Assembly (NCBI GenBank): GCA_030141605.1
Contig: JAQGDQ010000781.1
Location: 32,378-96,377, forward strand
From: Tubiluchus corallicola
Lineage: Eukaryota; Animalia; Priapulida
Direction of reading: 5' to 3'
DNA: 64,000 bases
The notes beneath the pieces were generated by a model. The model was given only the letters and a program-made list of their open reading frames with translations. It made no database searches and was not told where the DNA came from. Shown here piece by piece: positions 12,401-63,805 of the stretch (position 1 is the first letter of the stretch; every line of letters begins with the position of its first letter). The translations under genes and the position numbers were made by a program.

Positions 12401-15400
12401 GGAAGTTGGAATTGTACATTTTAATTAGGTGCTGCCATCTATGGGCTAATCCTGTTACATTCTACCAGCTATAATTGTATAATTGTATGGTCCAGTGAAT
12501 GCATATTCACTGGTTCTCTCCCTGTTTTAAAGTAATGGTTGTTGTGAAGCCTATGCAAGTCTGCATAGGTCACCTATACCTATATATACTGACTGGTTTT
12601 GCTTTCTAGTCACTCTCTAGCTCTCAGTGTTCAGTGCAGCAGTCATGTTACTCATGTGTCTGTAGTTTTAATAAACACTTTTCTGTTGTGTGCAGTGCAA
12701 ATATGTATTATAGATTTTTTATTCTTGTTCATACTTCTGTGCTTAAACTCAATCATAACAAAGTGAGTGATCTACAACTTTAAACATGACTTTCACATAG
12801 CAATATCTGTTCTTTGCAGATGTAACAACACCTGATATTTGTCTATACTATCAATTCTGTGAAAAGAAAACTCTTGAAGCAGTTGAATGGAGATGGACAA
12901 GAGGAAGTATTAATCTCATATCTTCAAAAAATGCTTCGTACGATGAACGTACCAGTGCTAACATTGTAGTAACGGAAACCAAGGGTAACATGTCATGCTA
13001 CAAAACATCATTCTCCATAGTATCACCTGTGAAAAGTGATTCTGGTATCTACCAACTGACATTGGAACGGGAGGATCATATTACCTATGTAAACTTCACC
13101 GTTGCCGTTACGCAGCCTAATATGATTTCTATAGGTATAAATTTTGCTGGTAAAAATAGGCCACTATGTAGATGAAGAATTCAATGTAAATTGACGCATT
13201 GCACATTTTAAAGCACAACAATCTACCCAGGGGCGTATTAACTAGGCTATATCCTAGGCGCCCAATTTTATAAAAAAAATATATTCTTTGCGGAAAATGT
13301 GTATCCGTCTAAATTCATGTAAAACAAACATTGTATAACACACCACAGGCAGTTACTGGAATCGGTTGCTACATAAGTGCCTTATGACGAACGAGTATAA
13401 GGCACTTCACAACAAGCAGTTGCCCAGCCTGCTTTTATGTAAGACATGTTCATATGCATGTAATTAACAACAACCACATAGAAAGTAGGTAGGTAAATTA
13501 TGTTACTAACACACCACAAGTAATTGTTCAAACTGCTCAGTACATAAGCAATATACAACACAGTTGGGGTGACAGATCTAGCAGCCTAAAGCGTCGTGAA
13601 GTCTTGATACGCCGCCCCCCCCCCCCCCGATTATCTACTGACGTCACATTTTGCTGATTTTTTGTCAACAATGTTAATCTGTGAACATAAAACAATGAAG
13701 GTGAATCAGCGAACTCTTTTGACGTCTTTTTACGAGCTAAAAACTTGTGATCTGACCAACGACTTTGTCGACTGGTCAGCCTTGACCCAAAGCAAGTTCT
13801 CAAGATATTAGGTCAGTACTGTATAAATTGCTTCAAGTTTATATGAGTAAAGGAAAGCCGTTTAAAATAATAATTTAAGCAAAAACTATTAATTAAATTA
13901 CTAAATAAATAAAGATTAAATCCTTGACAATGCAAGATTAAACAATCGTCGTGGCTAGAAGCCCATTTAGGTGCCGCATATCACGTGATGATCAGCTGAT
14001 GTTCGACCGGCTGACTCAGAAGTAAAGATTGATGGTGTAATCTTTATGTGCAGAAGCTCAGGGCGCATTACGTAGTTTGACAAAAGGATTTTGAGGCCTG
14101 CACCTGAGGAGGTTAGGAACTGACTTGAAGAAGGAGGGCTGGCATTCATATCCTCTTACGTATAACGTGTTTGTGTTTTTTAAGCGTGGAGTTTGCTAAA
14201 GAAAATCTTGATAGTTCGCCATGCCCATCGTGGCGCTTCCTCACCCAACAACAATAACAAGCAAGCAGTTGTAACCACCATCACAAACAGACTTTAATTC
14301 ATCAGAAACTGCCATTGTTTTATTTCACGTATTCGATTAATTTTCTAATGTAAATGACTCATGACTCATACTTTTTTAAATAGGAACTAAAACTGTGATT
14401 GACATCAATTAATGCTTTGAATTATAAATTGTGAATTTATTCCACAGCAACACAAACATACATACAAATTGTTATTACGTTGAAAAGAAAAATTATAAAC
14501 TAAACGAGTTACTGTGAGGAGGAGGAAGGAGCATTGAGCTTTCGAGTCCTCCTTCAGATAAGTGGAACAATAGACAATTAACATTACATAGTATTTTCAA
14601 CAGTTATAACGTACGTTAGAACAAAATAAGTTTTGTTAGTAACTTAAGATCAGGATGAGTAAAATTGAGAGTTAATTATACCGTTGTAGTAGGTAATTCT
14701 TTGATGCTTTTTCAAATTGATAAAGATTAAGAGTTTTCATTTTATGCGGAATTGATGACCATATTTTAATAGCATTATATTTTGATGACTGTTTCATTAT
14801 ATTTGTTTTTGGAAGAGGGAGTACATAGTTTCCAACTGAATATCTTGTGTAATGATCATGTTGATTTGAAACTGGACTAAAGTATGACTGAAAAGCTGGT
14901 GGAAGTCGTGAATTATGATACTGATACATGAAATGAAGACAATACATGTCATATATTTCTTTCACTTTAAGAGTTTTAACAGACAAGTAAATTATATTTG
15001 TGGGATGGTCGTACCTTACATGATATATTAGTTTGAGAATTTTGTTCTGGGTAATTTGTAAAGCTTCCAGATTACTTTTATATACACCACCCCAAATCAT
15101 GACACTGTTGTCCTTCTAGACAGTAAACTTTTCTGGTTCTTCAATGTTAAAAAGATCGAATTTATGTTTCAGTAAGGAAGGCGGCTGAGTTACACAGTTT
15201 GGTTCCCCCTGGGGAATTTACCGTTGATTCAGACATAGATGCCAATGTTACACAGGGCTTTTGCGTAGCCGATGGATATGAAGAAGTAAAATGGAAATGT
15301 CCAAAAGGAAGTATTGATCTCACTTCATCAAATTCAAATCATCATCAACGCATCAGCGGTAGCATTGTACAACTTTCAACCGATGTTTCAAACCAATGCT

Positions 15401-15531
15401 ATATTGCAGTGCTAACTATAAAATCACCTGCAGAAACTGACTCTGGTGTCTATACACTCGTTGTGACAACTAAAGACGATGTAAAAGAGTACGATCTTGA
15501 GGTTACAGTAACACAGAAGAATATGATTTGA
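307..15531 (+). CDS. Gene 1 (5'-truncated by window): multi-EGF (mostly Ca-binding type, Notch/fibropellin-like) protein ending in two atypical Ig-like domains; 19 EGF exons + 2 Ig exons, stop TGA 15529-15531
   Basis: Exons AG..GT, phase 1-1 except the terminal exon: 307-417, 597-707, 884-997, 1314-1430, 2031-2144, 2338-2451, 2643-2762, 3254-3367, 3605-3718, 4010-4123, 4529-4642, 5267-5380, 5626-5739, 6917-7030, 7444-7557, 8191-8304, 8549-8662, 9840-9953, 10135-10248, 12820-13134, 15173-15531. Candidate AATAAA at 16048. Confidence 0.8.
597..707 (+). CDS. EGF exon (paralog of 307-417)
   Basis: tttcag|ATATTGATGAATGT...GAAG|gtattt, 111 nt. Confidence 0.9.
884..997 (+). CDS. EGF exon [38 protein letters not shown]
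   Basis: tttag|...|gtctag, 114 nt. Confidence 0.88.
1314..1430 (+). CDS. EGF exon [39 protein letters not shown] (7 Cys)
   Basis: tttag|...|gtaaag, 117 nt. Confidence 0.88.
2031..2144 (+). CDS. EGF exon [38 protein letters not shown]
   Basis: ttctag|...|gtactg, 114 nt. Confidence 0.9.
2338..2451 (+). CDS. EGF exon (duplicate of 2031-2144 with shared upstream intron)
   Basis: ttctag|...|gtattg, 114 nt. Confidence 0.9.
2643..2762 (+). CDS. EGF exon [40 protein letters not shown], donor shifted by 6 nt
   Basis: Usual donor position reads AT; next in-phase G|gtaaac at 2763. Confidence 0.7.
2885..2958 (+). pseudogene. Decayed 3' half of an EGF exon ([20 protein letters not shown])
   Basis: Resembles the C-terminal half of neighbouring exons; no N-terminal half. 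Confidence 0.65.
3254..3367 (+). CDS. EGF exon [38 protein letters not shown] (lacks Ca-binding N-terminus)
   Basis: tctag|...|gtaaga, 114 nt. Confidence 0.88.
3605..3718 (+). CDS. EGF exon [38 protein letters not shown] (7 Cys)
   Basis: ccag|...|gtaaag, 114 nt. Confidence 0.85.
4010..4123 (+). CDS. EGF exon [38 protein letters not shown]
   Basis: tttag|...|gtaatt, 114 nt. Confidence 0.88.
4529..4642 (+). CDS. EGF exon [38 protein letters not shown]
   Basis: ctag|...|gtagaa, 114 nt. Confidence 0.88.
5267..5380 (+). CDS. EGF exon [38 protein letters not shown]
   Basis: ctag|...|gtaaag, 114 nt. Confidence 0.9.
5626..5739 (+). CDS. EGF exon [38 protein letters not shown]
   Basis: ccag|...|gtatca, 114 nt. 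Confidence 0.9.
5823..6016. mobile_element. ~190-bp palindromic MITE-like hairpin element (second copy 8746-8939)
   Basis: Arms aaaaccgtcgctatggaatggcctc / gaggccattctatggcgacggtttt and gaataccag / ctggtattc. Confidence 0.65.
6715..6785 (-). mobile_element. tRNA-derived SINE head remnant (copy ~9640-9705)
   Basis: Minus strand has A-box-like GCTCAGGCGGTAGAGC and B-box GGTTCGAATCC. Confidence 0.5.
6917..7030 (+). CDS. EGF exon [38 protein letters not shown]
   Basis: tttag|...|gtatat, 114 nt. Confidence 0.9.
7212..7252 (+). pseudogene. Truncated EGF exon ([14 protein letters not shown]) at the duplication junction
   Basis: Matches the start of exon 10135-10248, then switches to the sequence found at ~4334. 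Confidence 0.8.
7444..7557 (+). CDS. EGF exon (copy of 4529-4642)
   Basis: 114 nt, AG/GT. Confidence 0.88.
8191..8304 (+). CDS. EGF exon (copy of 5267-5380)
   Basis: 114 nt, AG/GT. Confidence 0.9.
8549..8662 (+). CDS. EGF exon (copy of 5626-5739)
   Basis: 114 nt, AG/GT. Confidence 0.9.
9840..9953 (+). CDS. EGF exon (copy of 6917-7030)
   Basis: 114 nt, AG/GT. Confidence 0.9.
10135..10248 (+). CDS. EGF exon [38 protein letters not shown]
   Basis: ctag|...|gtaatt, 114 nt. Confidence 0.9.
10243..11150 (+). repeat. 57-bp minisatellite, ~16 copies, each containing the exon donor AAG|GTAATT
   Basis: Unit ggagcaaggtaattgtatcccacgatttttgttactaacgaggctaaagtaactaat; starts at 10298, 10355... Confidence 0.92.
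11663..12180. repeat. (CTG/TTG)-rich compound microsatellite with ~30-36-bp superunit
   Basis: Visible repeat; source of the poly-Leu ORFs. Confidence 0.9.
12398..12797 (+). mobile_element. Solo-LTR-like element family A (TG...CA, ~400 bp)
   Basis: TGTGGAAG...TTTCACA ends; TATA-like and AATAAA (12670) inside; TSD cagca/tagca. Confidence 0.8.
12820..13134 (+). CDS. Ig-like exon 1 (…[15 protein letters not shown]…[25 protein letters not shown]…[15 protein letters not shown])
   Basis: tttgcag|...|gtataa, 315 nt open in phase 1; C-strand W and DSGxY motif. Confidence 0.82.
14672..15100 (-). mobile_element. CR1/L2-like LINE ORF2 C-terminal fragment
   Basis: [24 protein letters not shown]…HYTR…[11 protein letters not shown], typical post-RT region. 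Confidence 0.75.
15173..15531 (+). CDS. Ig-like exon 2, terminal (…[14 protein letters not shown]…[24 protein letters not shown]…[11 protein letters not shown])
   Basis: tttcag| acceptor in phase 1; paralog of 12820-13134; DSGVY. Confidence 0.82.
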
Positions 15532-15900
15532 TAAGTACGATCTTGAGGTTACAGTAACACAGAAGAATATGATTTGATAAGTACGATCTTGAGGTTACAG
15601 TAACACAGAAGAATATGATTTGATAAGTACGATCGTGAGGTTACAGTAACACAGAAGAATATGATTTGATAAGTATGATCTTGAGGTTACAGTAACACAG
15701 AAGATTATGATTTGATAAGTACGATATTGAGGTTACAGTAACACAGAAGAATATGATTTGATAAGTACGATATTGAGGTTACAGTAACACAGAAGAATAT
15801 GATTTGATAAGTACGATATTGAGGTTACAGTAACACAGAGGAAAGTGATTTGATAAGTACGATATTGAGGTTACAGTAACACAGAGGAATGTGATTTGAT
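15488..15900 (+). repeat. 46-bp minisatellite, ~9 copies, made of the last ~14 codons plus stop of gene 1
   Basis: Unit agtacgatcttgaggttacagtaacacagaagaatatgatttgata; starts at 15488, 15534... Confidence 0.92.
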
Positions 15901-16454
15901 GTCATACTTTGCTACACAGGACTTCAGAGATTGTTGCTAGCTATCTTAAATAGTTGTAATTTCTTTGAAGGAAAGTCCGAGCCCTCTGAGAAGTTGTGCT
16001 TATTTTAATTTTCGGGAAAAAAGGGCTAAATGGTTTTAGTCAGTGATAATAAACGCCTCATGTAGTAAAATCACTTTAAAGTTAGGATCTTTCTTTTCAC
16101 GCTATGACGGTGAAATTCTTCCACCAGTGACGTCATTGATAGACTTTAAGAAAAACAGCACACTTTCAGTTACTTTCAAAAAAGTATCAAAAAGTTTTTA
16201 CAAAAAGATTCGATTTTTGTGATTGATTTTTTGCTAATTTTGTGATACGTGATTTCATACGCATTAGGTAAGCTGCAGACGTGAAAACATTAAAATAAAC
16301 CCATCATACTAAGTGACTTGTCCTTTAAAAACAACATTAGTAGTGGTCGAATACAGCAAAATCGTGTATAAAACATGCAGTGCTGTACCCTGTTTGTTTG
16401 TGTACTGTACCCTGTACTCTAGAATTGTTTCCTGTGAAATTAAACATAAAAATA

Positions 16455-17578
16455 ATATGTTTGAAAGAGTAAATTACTTTAAGCTTTTCTTAAATTTGAC
16501 TAAAACTACATTTCCAAATATTGTTATTCGTCGACTCGTATACTATTATATGAATCAAAGAATGTTTGTTAGATGGGGGCGCATCCATTCTAAAACTTTC
16601 AGCATAAGTAAAGGGGTACGTCAAGGCGGCGGAATGTCTCCAGTTCTTTTTAACTTCAATTTCAGAGACTTAAGTGCTAAATTGTCACGCACTCAGCTTG
16701 GATGTAATATTGCTAATACGATTATGAATCATTTAATGTACGCAGATGACGTATGTTTATTAGTGGCAACTATTACAGCCCTTCAGTGCCTACTTGATGT
16801 CTGTGTTTTTTATGCTGAAAATTTTGATATATAGATAAATGTAGAAAAAAAACCAAACTAATGTCTATCAGTTCAAAGAAAATGCAAGCTTTTGTTTACG
16901 GTAAAATTAAACTTAAAAATAATTATTTGAAGAACTTTAATGCAGAAAAATACTTGGGACGCGTTATTTCAAGTGATAATAAGGATGACCTTGATATAAT
17001 TAATCAACAATCTCTGTATTATTGCCGTAGTAATCAACTTAGCAGAAAATTTTGAAATTGCTCAGCTAAAGGAAAAATATTGCTACTTTAATGCATATTG
17101 CAATAGCTTTTACTGTATGGCGACTTGGAGGCATTTTAATTTATACAACGTCAGAAAACTCAAGGTTGCTCACAATATTTCAAAACGTAATTTTTTTAAT
17201 TATGAATATGATTACAGTGCTAGGTCTCTTAGTATACAGCTTGGTGTAACTTATTTTGATGTTATCTGTAGGAAATGTGTGTTTAGTTTAGTGACTAGAT
17301 TCAATAGTAATACTAATGTTACATGTCAAAGTTTACTTCATAGTGATGTAAAATTTACGTCGCGTATCAGACGCCATTGGTGGAATTTACTATGAACTGT
17401 GTAATTGTTGTATACATCTCTGTTTATTAATTAACTGTGTTAATGCGTGTGTGTGTGTGTGTGCGTGCGTGCGTGCGTGTGTGTGTGTGTGTGTGTGACT
17501 GCGTTTTTGTTGTAAATATGTAAATGTTTTATGCTATGAACTTCTGGTATGAAATAAAAAGTTAAATCAAATCAAATC
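16455..17578 (+). mobile_element. 5'-truncated LINE (RT domain to 3' end), disrupted
   Basis: GVRQGGGMSPVLFN and YADD RT motifs; stops/frameshifts; AATAAA followed by (AAATC)n tail at ~17565-17578. Confidence 0.9.
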
Positions 17579-17964
17579 TGTCATTAGAATCTATCTTTAA
17601 GTCTTGAGTCTTAGCCATGTGTTTGTGTATAGAATGCATGCATGCAAGATCTGTTTGATCATCTGCTTGATCATTAAGTGTTTGTGTATAGAATGCATGC
17701 ATGCAAGATCTGCTTGATCATCTGCTTGATCATTAATTTGGACAAAAACGTTTGTGTTTTGATTTCTGCTAATCAATGGTTAGAAATAAAATATTTTTGC
17801 TGCTATTGTTGTTTAAGTCTAATCTTTATAAGTCAACACAAAACGTCTCTTGCGTCTTAAGAAATTATATTCAAAATGAAGCTGCCCTGCACTCCCATAG
17901 TTCTTAATTAGTCAACCTTAATGTACAAAAATTAAACACACATAGAACGGCTTGTGGAAACCTT

Positions 17965-18162
17965 TTTGTGTTTGCGTGTGTGTGTGTGTGTGCGCGCGTG
18001 TGCGTGTGTGTGTCTGTGTGTGTGTGTGCGTGTGTGCGTGTGTGTGTGTGTGTATTTGGGTGGGTGGTTGCGTGCGTGCATATGTGTGTGAAGTGTGTCC
18101 GTGCGTGAGTGTGTGTGCATGTGCGTGCAAGCATGTACATGTGTGTGTGTGTGCGTGCGTGC
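17965..18162. repeat. (GT/GC)n microsatellite
   Basis: Visible. Confidence 0.9.
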
Positions 18163-18602
18163 CTATGCCCCAGCTTCTGATTCTTACATTCTCTGCTTTT
18201 TTTCATATATTTATTTTAGGAAAGAATTCCGATTCTGACTCGTTGGCCTCGACAATTGCTATTATCCTATCATCTATCCTGAACAATAGGCGATAGAACG
18301 TTTTACTAAGAAGTCCAAAAACCTACACTCAAGAAATTTAGGTTTTGAAAATAGAATCTTTCTATCACCGCGTCACAATCAGCAACAAAAGTTCTGTGAC
18401 AACCAGTTCTCAGAAAACATAATCACAAATGGTCTCATCTTCTAGTGTAGTGTTCCAAAAAAATTTAAATCATAATGCAGAGGCTGCAGCCAAACAGTTG
18501 CCTGCAAATGGCTCCAAATTAAAAAAAATTATCGAAAAGAACGAAGAAAGGCATGCGCTGGTTTAATTACCAAAGTTTATTAACTGCTGTTTGTCGCAAG
18601 AC

Positions 18603-58699
<40,097 letters not shown>

Positions 58700-59079
58700 A
58701 TTATTGATTTTATCACGTTTTTACAAGATACTTTCTGATACATGGTATAATTTCTTGTAAAATGTTTTAATATAGTAATTTTTAATGAAAAAAAACTATG
58801 AAATTGTACTGTTATATTATAATTCCTTAACCTTTTTTCCTAACCTGCATATATAAATAAATACACAGGAATTGATCTTGTTTTTGAACAGCATTATAAT
58901 TTTGCAGCTTTTAAACCGTCAAATGTGTTCTGGTGGACCATAAAAGAGAAAGTCATTGACCACAGTCCAGTATCAAATTGTGTTTATAAGGCATAACTCG
59001 ATCGTTATCAAAAGTTTTTATTCAATACTATTACATCCGAGTGACGTAGGCCGGTGACGTACTGTGTAGTAAAATCAGC

Positions 59080-59380
59080 ACTAGAGGAACAGTGAAAGTA
59101 GTGGAAGCCCCGAAAAACATACAAGAGGCAAGATTGCGATGGTATGGGCACATGAAAAGAAGAGTCGGGGAAGATCACGTGGGAAGGGAGGTCATAGAAA
59201 TGGAAGTGCTGGGAAATAGAAGAAGAGGACGACCCAAGCTGAGATGATTTGAATGCATAAACGGAGACCTTAGAGAGAAGAACATAAATGAAGAGATGGT
59301 CAACAACAGGAATGCATGGAGAAGACTTATTCACAACGGCAACCCCGCATAGGGAAAAGCTGGGAAGCAGAAGAAGAAGT
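59080..59380 (+). mobile_element. RTE-like LINE 3' end
   Basis: ARLRWYGHMKRR…MEVLGNRRRGRPKLR; (GAA)n tail. Confidence 0.75.
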
Positions 59381-59389
59381 TACTTACCG

Positions 59390-60073
59390 TCTAACGTCGT
59401 GTTGTGCTTGGCCCAGTCTTTCCCTGGTGAAGTCTTCTATTTTTAAGTCTATTAAGTCAATGTTTGGCTTTGACAGTGGGGTAGGCCAATTGGCGTACAC
59501 GGGCTGCCCAAGTAGGATGTGACGTACACAGGCTGCCCAAGCAGGATGCGTCGTACACTGGCTGCCCATGTAGGATGTGACGTACTAACGTCGTGTTGTG
59601 CTTGGCCCAGTCTTTCCCTGGTGAAGTCTTCTATTTTGAAGTCTTTTAAGTCAATGCTTGACTTATAGGTCTGTTGACAATGGAGAAGGCCAATTGGCGT
59701 ACACGGGCTGCCCAAGTAGGATGCGACGTACTCGGGCTGCCCAAGTAGGATGTGACGTACTAGGGCTACCCAAGTAGGATGTGACGTACACGGGCTAGCC
59801 CAAGTAGGATGTGACGTACATGGGCTGCCCGCCCAAGTAGGATGCGACGTACACAGGCTGCCCAAGTAGGATGTGACGTACACGGACTGCACAAGTAGGA
59901 TGCGACGTACACGGGCTGCCCAAGTAGGATGCGTCGTACACGGGCTGCCCAAGTAGGATGCGTCGTACACGGGCTGCCCAAGTAGGATGTGACGTACACG
60001 GACTGCACAAGTAGGATGTGACGTACACGGGCTGCCCAAGTAGGATGCGACGTACACGGACTGCCCAAGTAGG
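59390..60073. repeat. 29-bp minisatellite plus a ~195-bp duplication
   Basis: gtacacgggctgcccaagtaggatg(t/c)gac. Confidence 0.9.
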
Positions 60074-61806
60074 ACTTTAGAGACAGGTCACGAATTGAGT
60101 CGTTAACAATTCTGGCAGCGTCTATTGTTCTTGTTTTTTTAATAATAATAACTGAAAACGTCAGTACACGTTGAGTAATTTATTATACAACTGAGGAAAT
60201 AAAAGAATTTTAATTCAGAGTTAGCAGAACGGCCAATATTATATTTAGCTTCCATTTCAGGCAACTCCAACATTTACTTATGGTATAATTTATCATTTTT
60301 TATTTTGTCTCGCTTCACAGGCAGACGATCTGCTTTACTACCTATTGGACAAATACTTGTTTTCTGCTAAGTAAACGTGCTAGCAAGCTGCGTGCCCTAC
60401 ATAGTATTTTTCATTAAAGCATACTAAAAGCATTAAAGCGTTAAGGATACTTAGTTTCATGGTGATATTAATGTTGCTAATAATAATGATGTTATTTTTG
60501 TAAAAAATAAATTTGTAAATTGTCATCATTATTCATCATTACTATCATCATAAGCACTATTCATCAATATTATAAAGTCACTTTTCTCTAAAACAAATTC
60601 AATTTAGTGTTTTATGATGTCATAATTCTCGATTCTCGACAGAAATCGCCAGTGCTTTACCTGGGCTACCAATGTACTGCTTTTCAACAATGGGCTTTAG
60701 TAAAAGTGTCCTACTTCGGCTAGTGGCGTACTCCGCCCCCTATGAGCTTATTATAACCATTGGTTTGGTGAGTTTTGTTCACCCAAACCGATTCTGGTAT
60801 TAATAAATCGTTCTGATTTGAGCAAAATGCCTGTGATCGTAACAATACTCTAAAGACTAGTGCACTGGATTTCTCCAAACTGTTATAATTATACAGTAGT
60901 AACCAATCAAGATCCAATCTTCTTGCATGCTTAGCGTTTAACCCTTTCAGGCCCAAATTATTTTTTAATAAGAAAAAATTTTTCGGCTTGGTACTTTTGT
61001 TCAGTATGTCTATCTTGTTTACACATGATAATTATTTTTTTCTACCTGTGCCCGCGTGCTAAATGTAGCCTGTATCCCACAGGATACGTTGAGATTCAAT
61101 GGAAGCTTAAAATGTGCTTCATTTTGCAACTGCTGATAATTTTTTAAAGTATTTAAGACATTCAGTATGCATGCTATGCTGATCTGTACAAAGTCGTCTC
61201 TAAAGTACTGTACCTTTAGCAGTTTTTTATGCTATGTAGATTTTCTAGTTTGCCATTTTATTACCATTTTTAGTCTATTGTTATTGGCTTAAATCAAAAT
61301 AACTATTAACAGATCAAATGACTGTCACTTTTAAAATTTTATTAATTTTAAAGGCAGAAAATATTCTCGTATCCCACGGGATACAACTGTTCACTAGAAT
61401 TTAGCTACTGATTATGGCTTAATACATTTAAATGGCTTTGATCACTAAAGTTTACCCACTGACTACCAATATAGGGCATTTAAATGGCTTTCTGTTGATC
61501 GCTGGGCTTGAGGAATTATTTGGTATACTGTGCATTTAAATGGCTTCGTGCTGCTCTGGTTTCTTTAGATGCAGTTTAATGCTGAGTAAATCTAGATGGC
61601 TTCCTGCTGATACCTTCATCTAACCGGCTGCTCACTGCTCACTGTATTTAAATGGCTTCGTGTCAATTATTTAAATAATTTTGATACTAGTTCTACATAG
61701 TTCTAGTTTTACATAATCTGCAGATACATTTAATTGACATCTTGCTGGTTACTAGATACTAGATGTTTTCTGCTCAGTGCATTTAGAATTTAATGTCTCT
61801 TATTGG

Positions 61807-62208
61807 TAGGGGAGAGCATCGAACGTTCGAGTTCGAACGAGTTTTTTCAGTTCGAACTCGATTCGAATCCAAAACTATAGATTCGAATAATTCATCACTT
61901 CAATCACATATGTTCTTTATCATTAAAACGATTGAAACATCATGCAATTAGCATAATTTAGCCGTGATTTCTGCGCACAATTTTAAACAAATTACTAGTC
62001 GTTTTATTGTAGAACAAAATCTAGTGATATGCATGATCTTTGTGAGACTAATTTTTGCTGGTGGTTCGAAGACTAGTTCAAAAATCTTTCAATCTCAATT
62101 CGATTTCGGTTCGAATTCGAAACACTGAAGTTCGGTTCGATTCGAATTCGAAATTCACAAATTCGGTTCGATTCGAATTCGCTTTCTGTTGCAGAATGCT
62201 CACTCCTA
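61807..62208. mobile_element. hAT-type MITE with TTCGAA-rich subterminal repeats (second copy starts at 63894)
   Basis: TIR taggggagagcat / atgctcactccta; 8-bp TSD cttattgg. Confidence 0.88.
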
Positions 62209-62449
62209 CTTATTGGTCACTTATTTATAAATTCTCTTCTTTGCACAGTGTACTTAAATGGCTTTTTAGTCACTAGATTTTAGATGCTCTTTATATTGGC
62301 TAGTGCATTTAGTATTTAATATTTACTATATTGCCAGTGATTGTAGATTTGATTTACTGCACTGTGGGTTCAAATGCTTTCATTTTGGTGATTGAATTCT
62401 ATGGAGATTTTACTGCCTAACTCATTTAAATGTTTTTTTGTCATTTCTA

Positions 62450-63200
62450 TATACAGTTTAGTGCATTCAATTTGCTTCTTATTAAGTACTTAATTCTAGA
62501 TGCTTTCCATTGCTCTGCGCATTTAAATTGTTTCTTATTAGGCACTTCATTCTAGATGTCCTTTCCTGCTCGGTTCATTTAAATGGCTTTTTATTAAGCA
62601 CTTAATTCGAGATTTGCTTCACTGCTTGATGCATTTAAATGGTTTCTAATTAGCCTTTCAATTCTAGATGTTCTTTACTGCTCTGTGTATTTAAATTGTT
62701 TCTCGCTAAGCATTTAATTCGAGATGCTTTTCTACTGGTACATTCGTTTAAATGCGTTTTTGTCAAGTACTAATTCTAGATGTCCTTACTGCACAGTTCA
62801 TTTAAATTGCTTCTTATTAAGCACTTAATTCTAGATGCTCTTTACTGTTCACTCCATTTAAATGGTTTCATATTAGCCATTTTATTCCAGGTGTTCTTTA
62901 CTGCTCAGTGCATTTAAGGTTTTTCTTATTAGCAACTTTATTCCAGGTGCTCTTTACTGCTCAGTGCATTTAAGGTTTTTCTTATTAGCAACTTTATTCC
63001 AGGTGTTCTTTACTGCTCAGTGCATTTAAGGTTTTTCTTATTAGCAACTTTATTCCAGGTGTTCTTTACTGCTCAGTGCATTTAAGGTTTTTCTTATTAG
63101 CAACTTTATTCCAGGTGTTCTTTACTGCTCAGTGCATTTAAGGTTTTTCTTATTAGCAACTTTATTCCAGGTGTTCTTTACTGCTCAGTGCATTTAAGGT
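62450..63200. repeat. ~60-bp tandem repeat; degenerate upstream, ~5 near-identical copies from ~62880
   Basis: ttccaggtgttctttactgctcagtgcatttaaggtttttcttattagcaacttta. Confidence 0.88.
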
Positions 63201-63204
63201 AAGT

Positions 63205-63650
63205 AACAGATGATTCCATTTGCGTGACCTGTTCATCAGATGTTAAGAATCAAGCAGCAGATGATTTCATTTATGTGACCTCATTTTTAGATGGCAAGAT
63301 CCAAACAACACACGATTCCAGTAATGTGACCTCATTTTTAGATGGCAAGATCCAAACAACACACGATTCCAGTAATGTGACCTCATCTTCAATTTGCAAA
63401 AACCAAACAACAGAAGACTCCAGTTGCGTGACTTCACTTTTAGATAGAACTACCTGACCAAGAGATGATTCTAATTGTGTGACCTCACCTTCAGGTGGCA
63501 ATAGCCAATCAACAAATGATTTTATTTATGTGATCTCACCTTCACATAGAAAGACCAGAGCAACAGCTGACTCAGTGCAGATTTTCACCTGATGATCGCA
63601 ATAACCAAACAACAGATGATTCCAGGTGTATGACCACACCTTCAGATGGT
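63205..63650. repeat. Degenerate 51-bp tandem repeat (~9 copies)
   Basis: gtgacctca…agatggcaaga…caaacaac…gattcc recurring. Confidence 0.75.
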
Positions 63651-63674
63651 ATCCCATTCGACTCACTGCTCGTC

Positions 63675-63805
63675 ACTTTCCAGTAATTCTATCTCCACGA
63701 GAAAGCTCTCCGTAGTTGCTCTGTTTGCTCTACCAGGGGTATACGAGACATACAATCTTCTGTTGTGATGATTGTGAGACAAACTTTTGTGTTGTTTCCT
63801 GCTTT
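63675..63805 (+). mobile_element. Frameshifted piggyBac transposase C-terminal Cys-rich remnant
   Basis: HFP…RSCSVCSTRG / TIFCCDDCETNFCVVSCFEVFQ. Confidence 0.55.
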
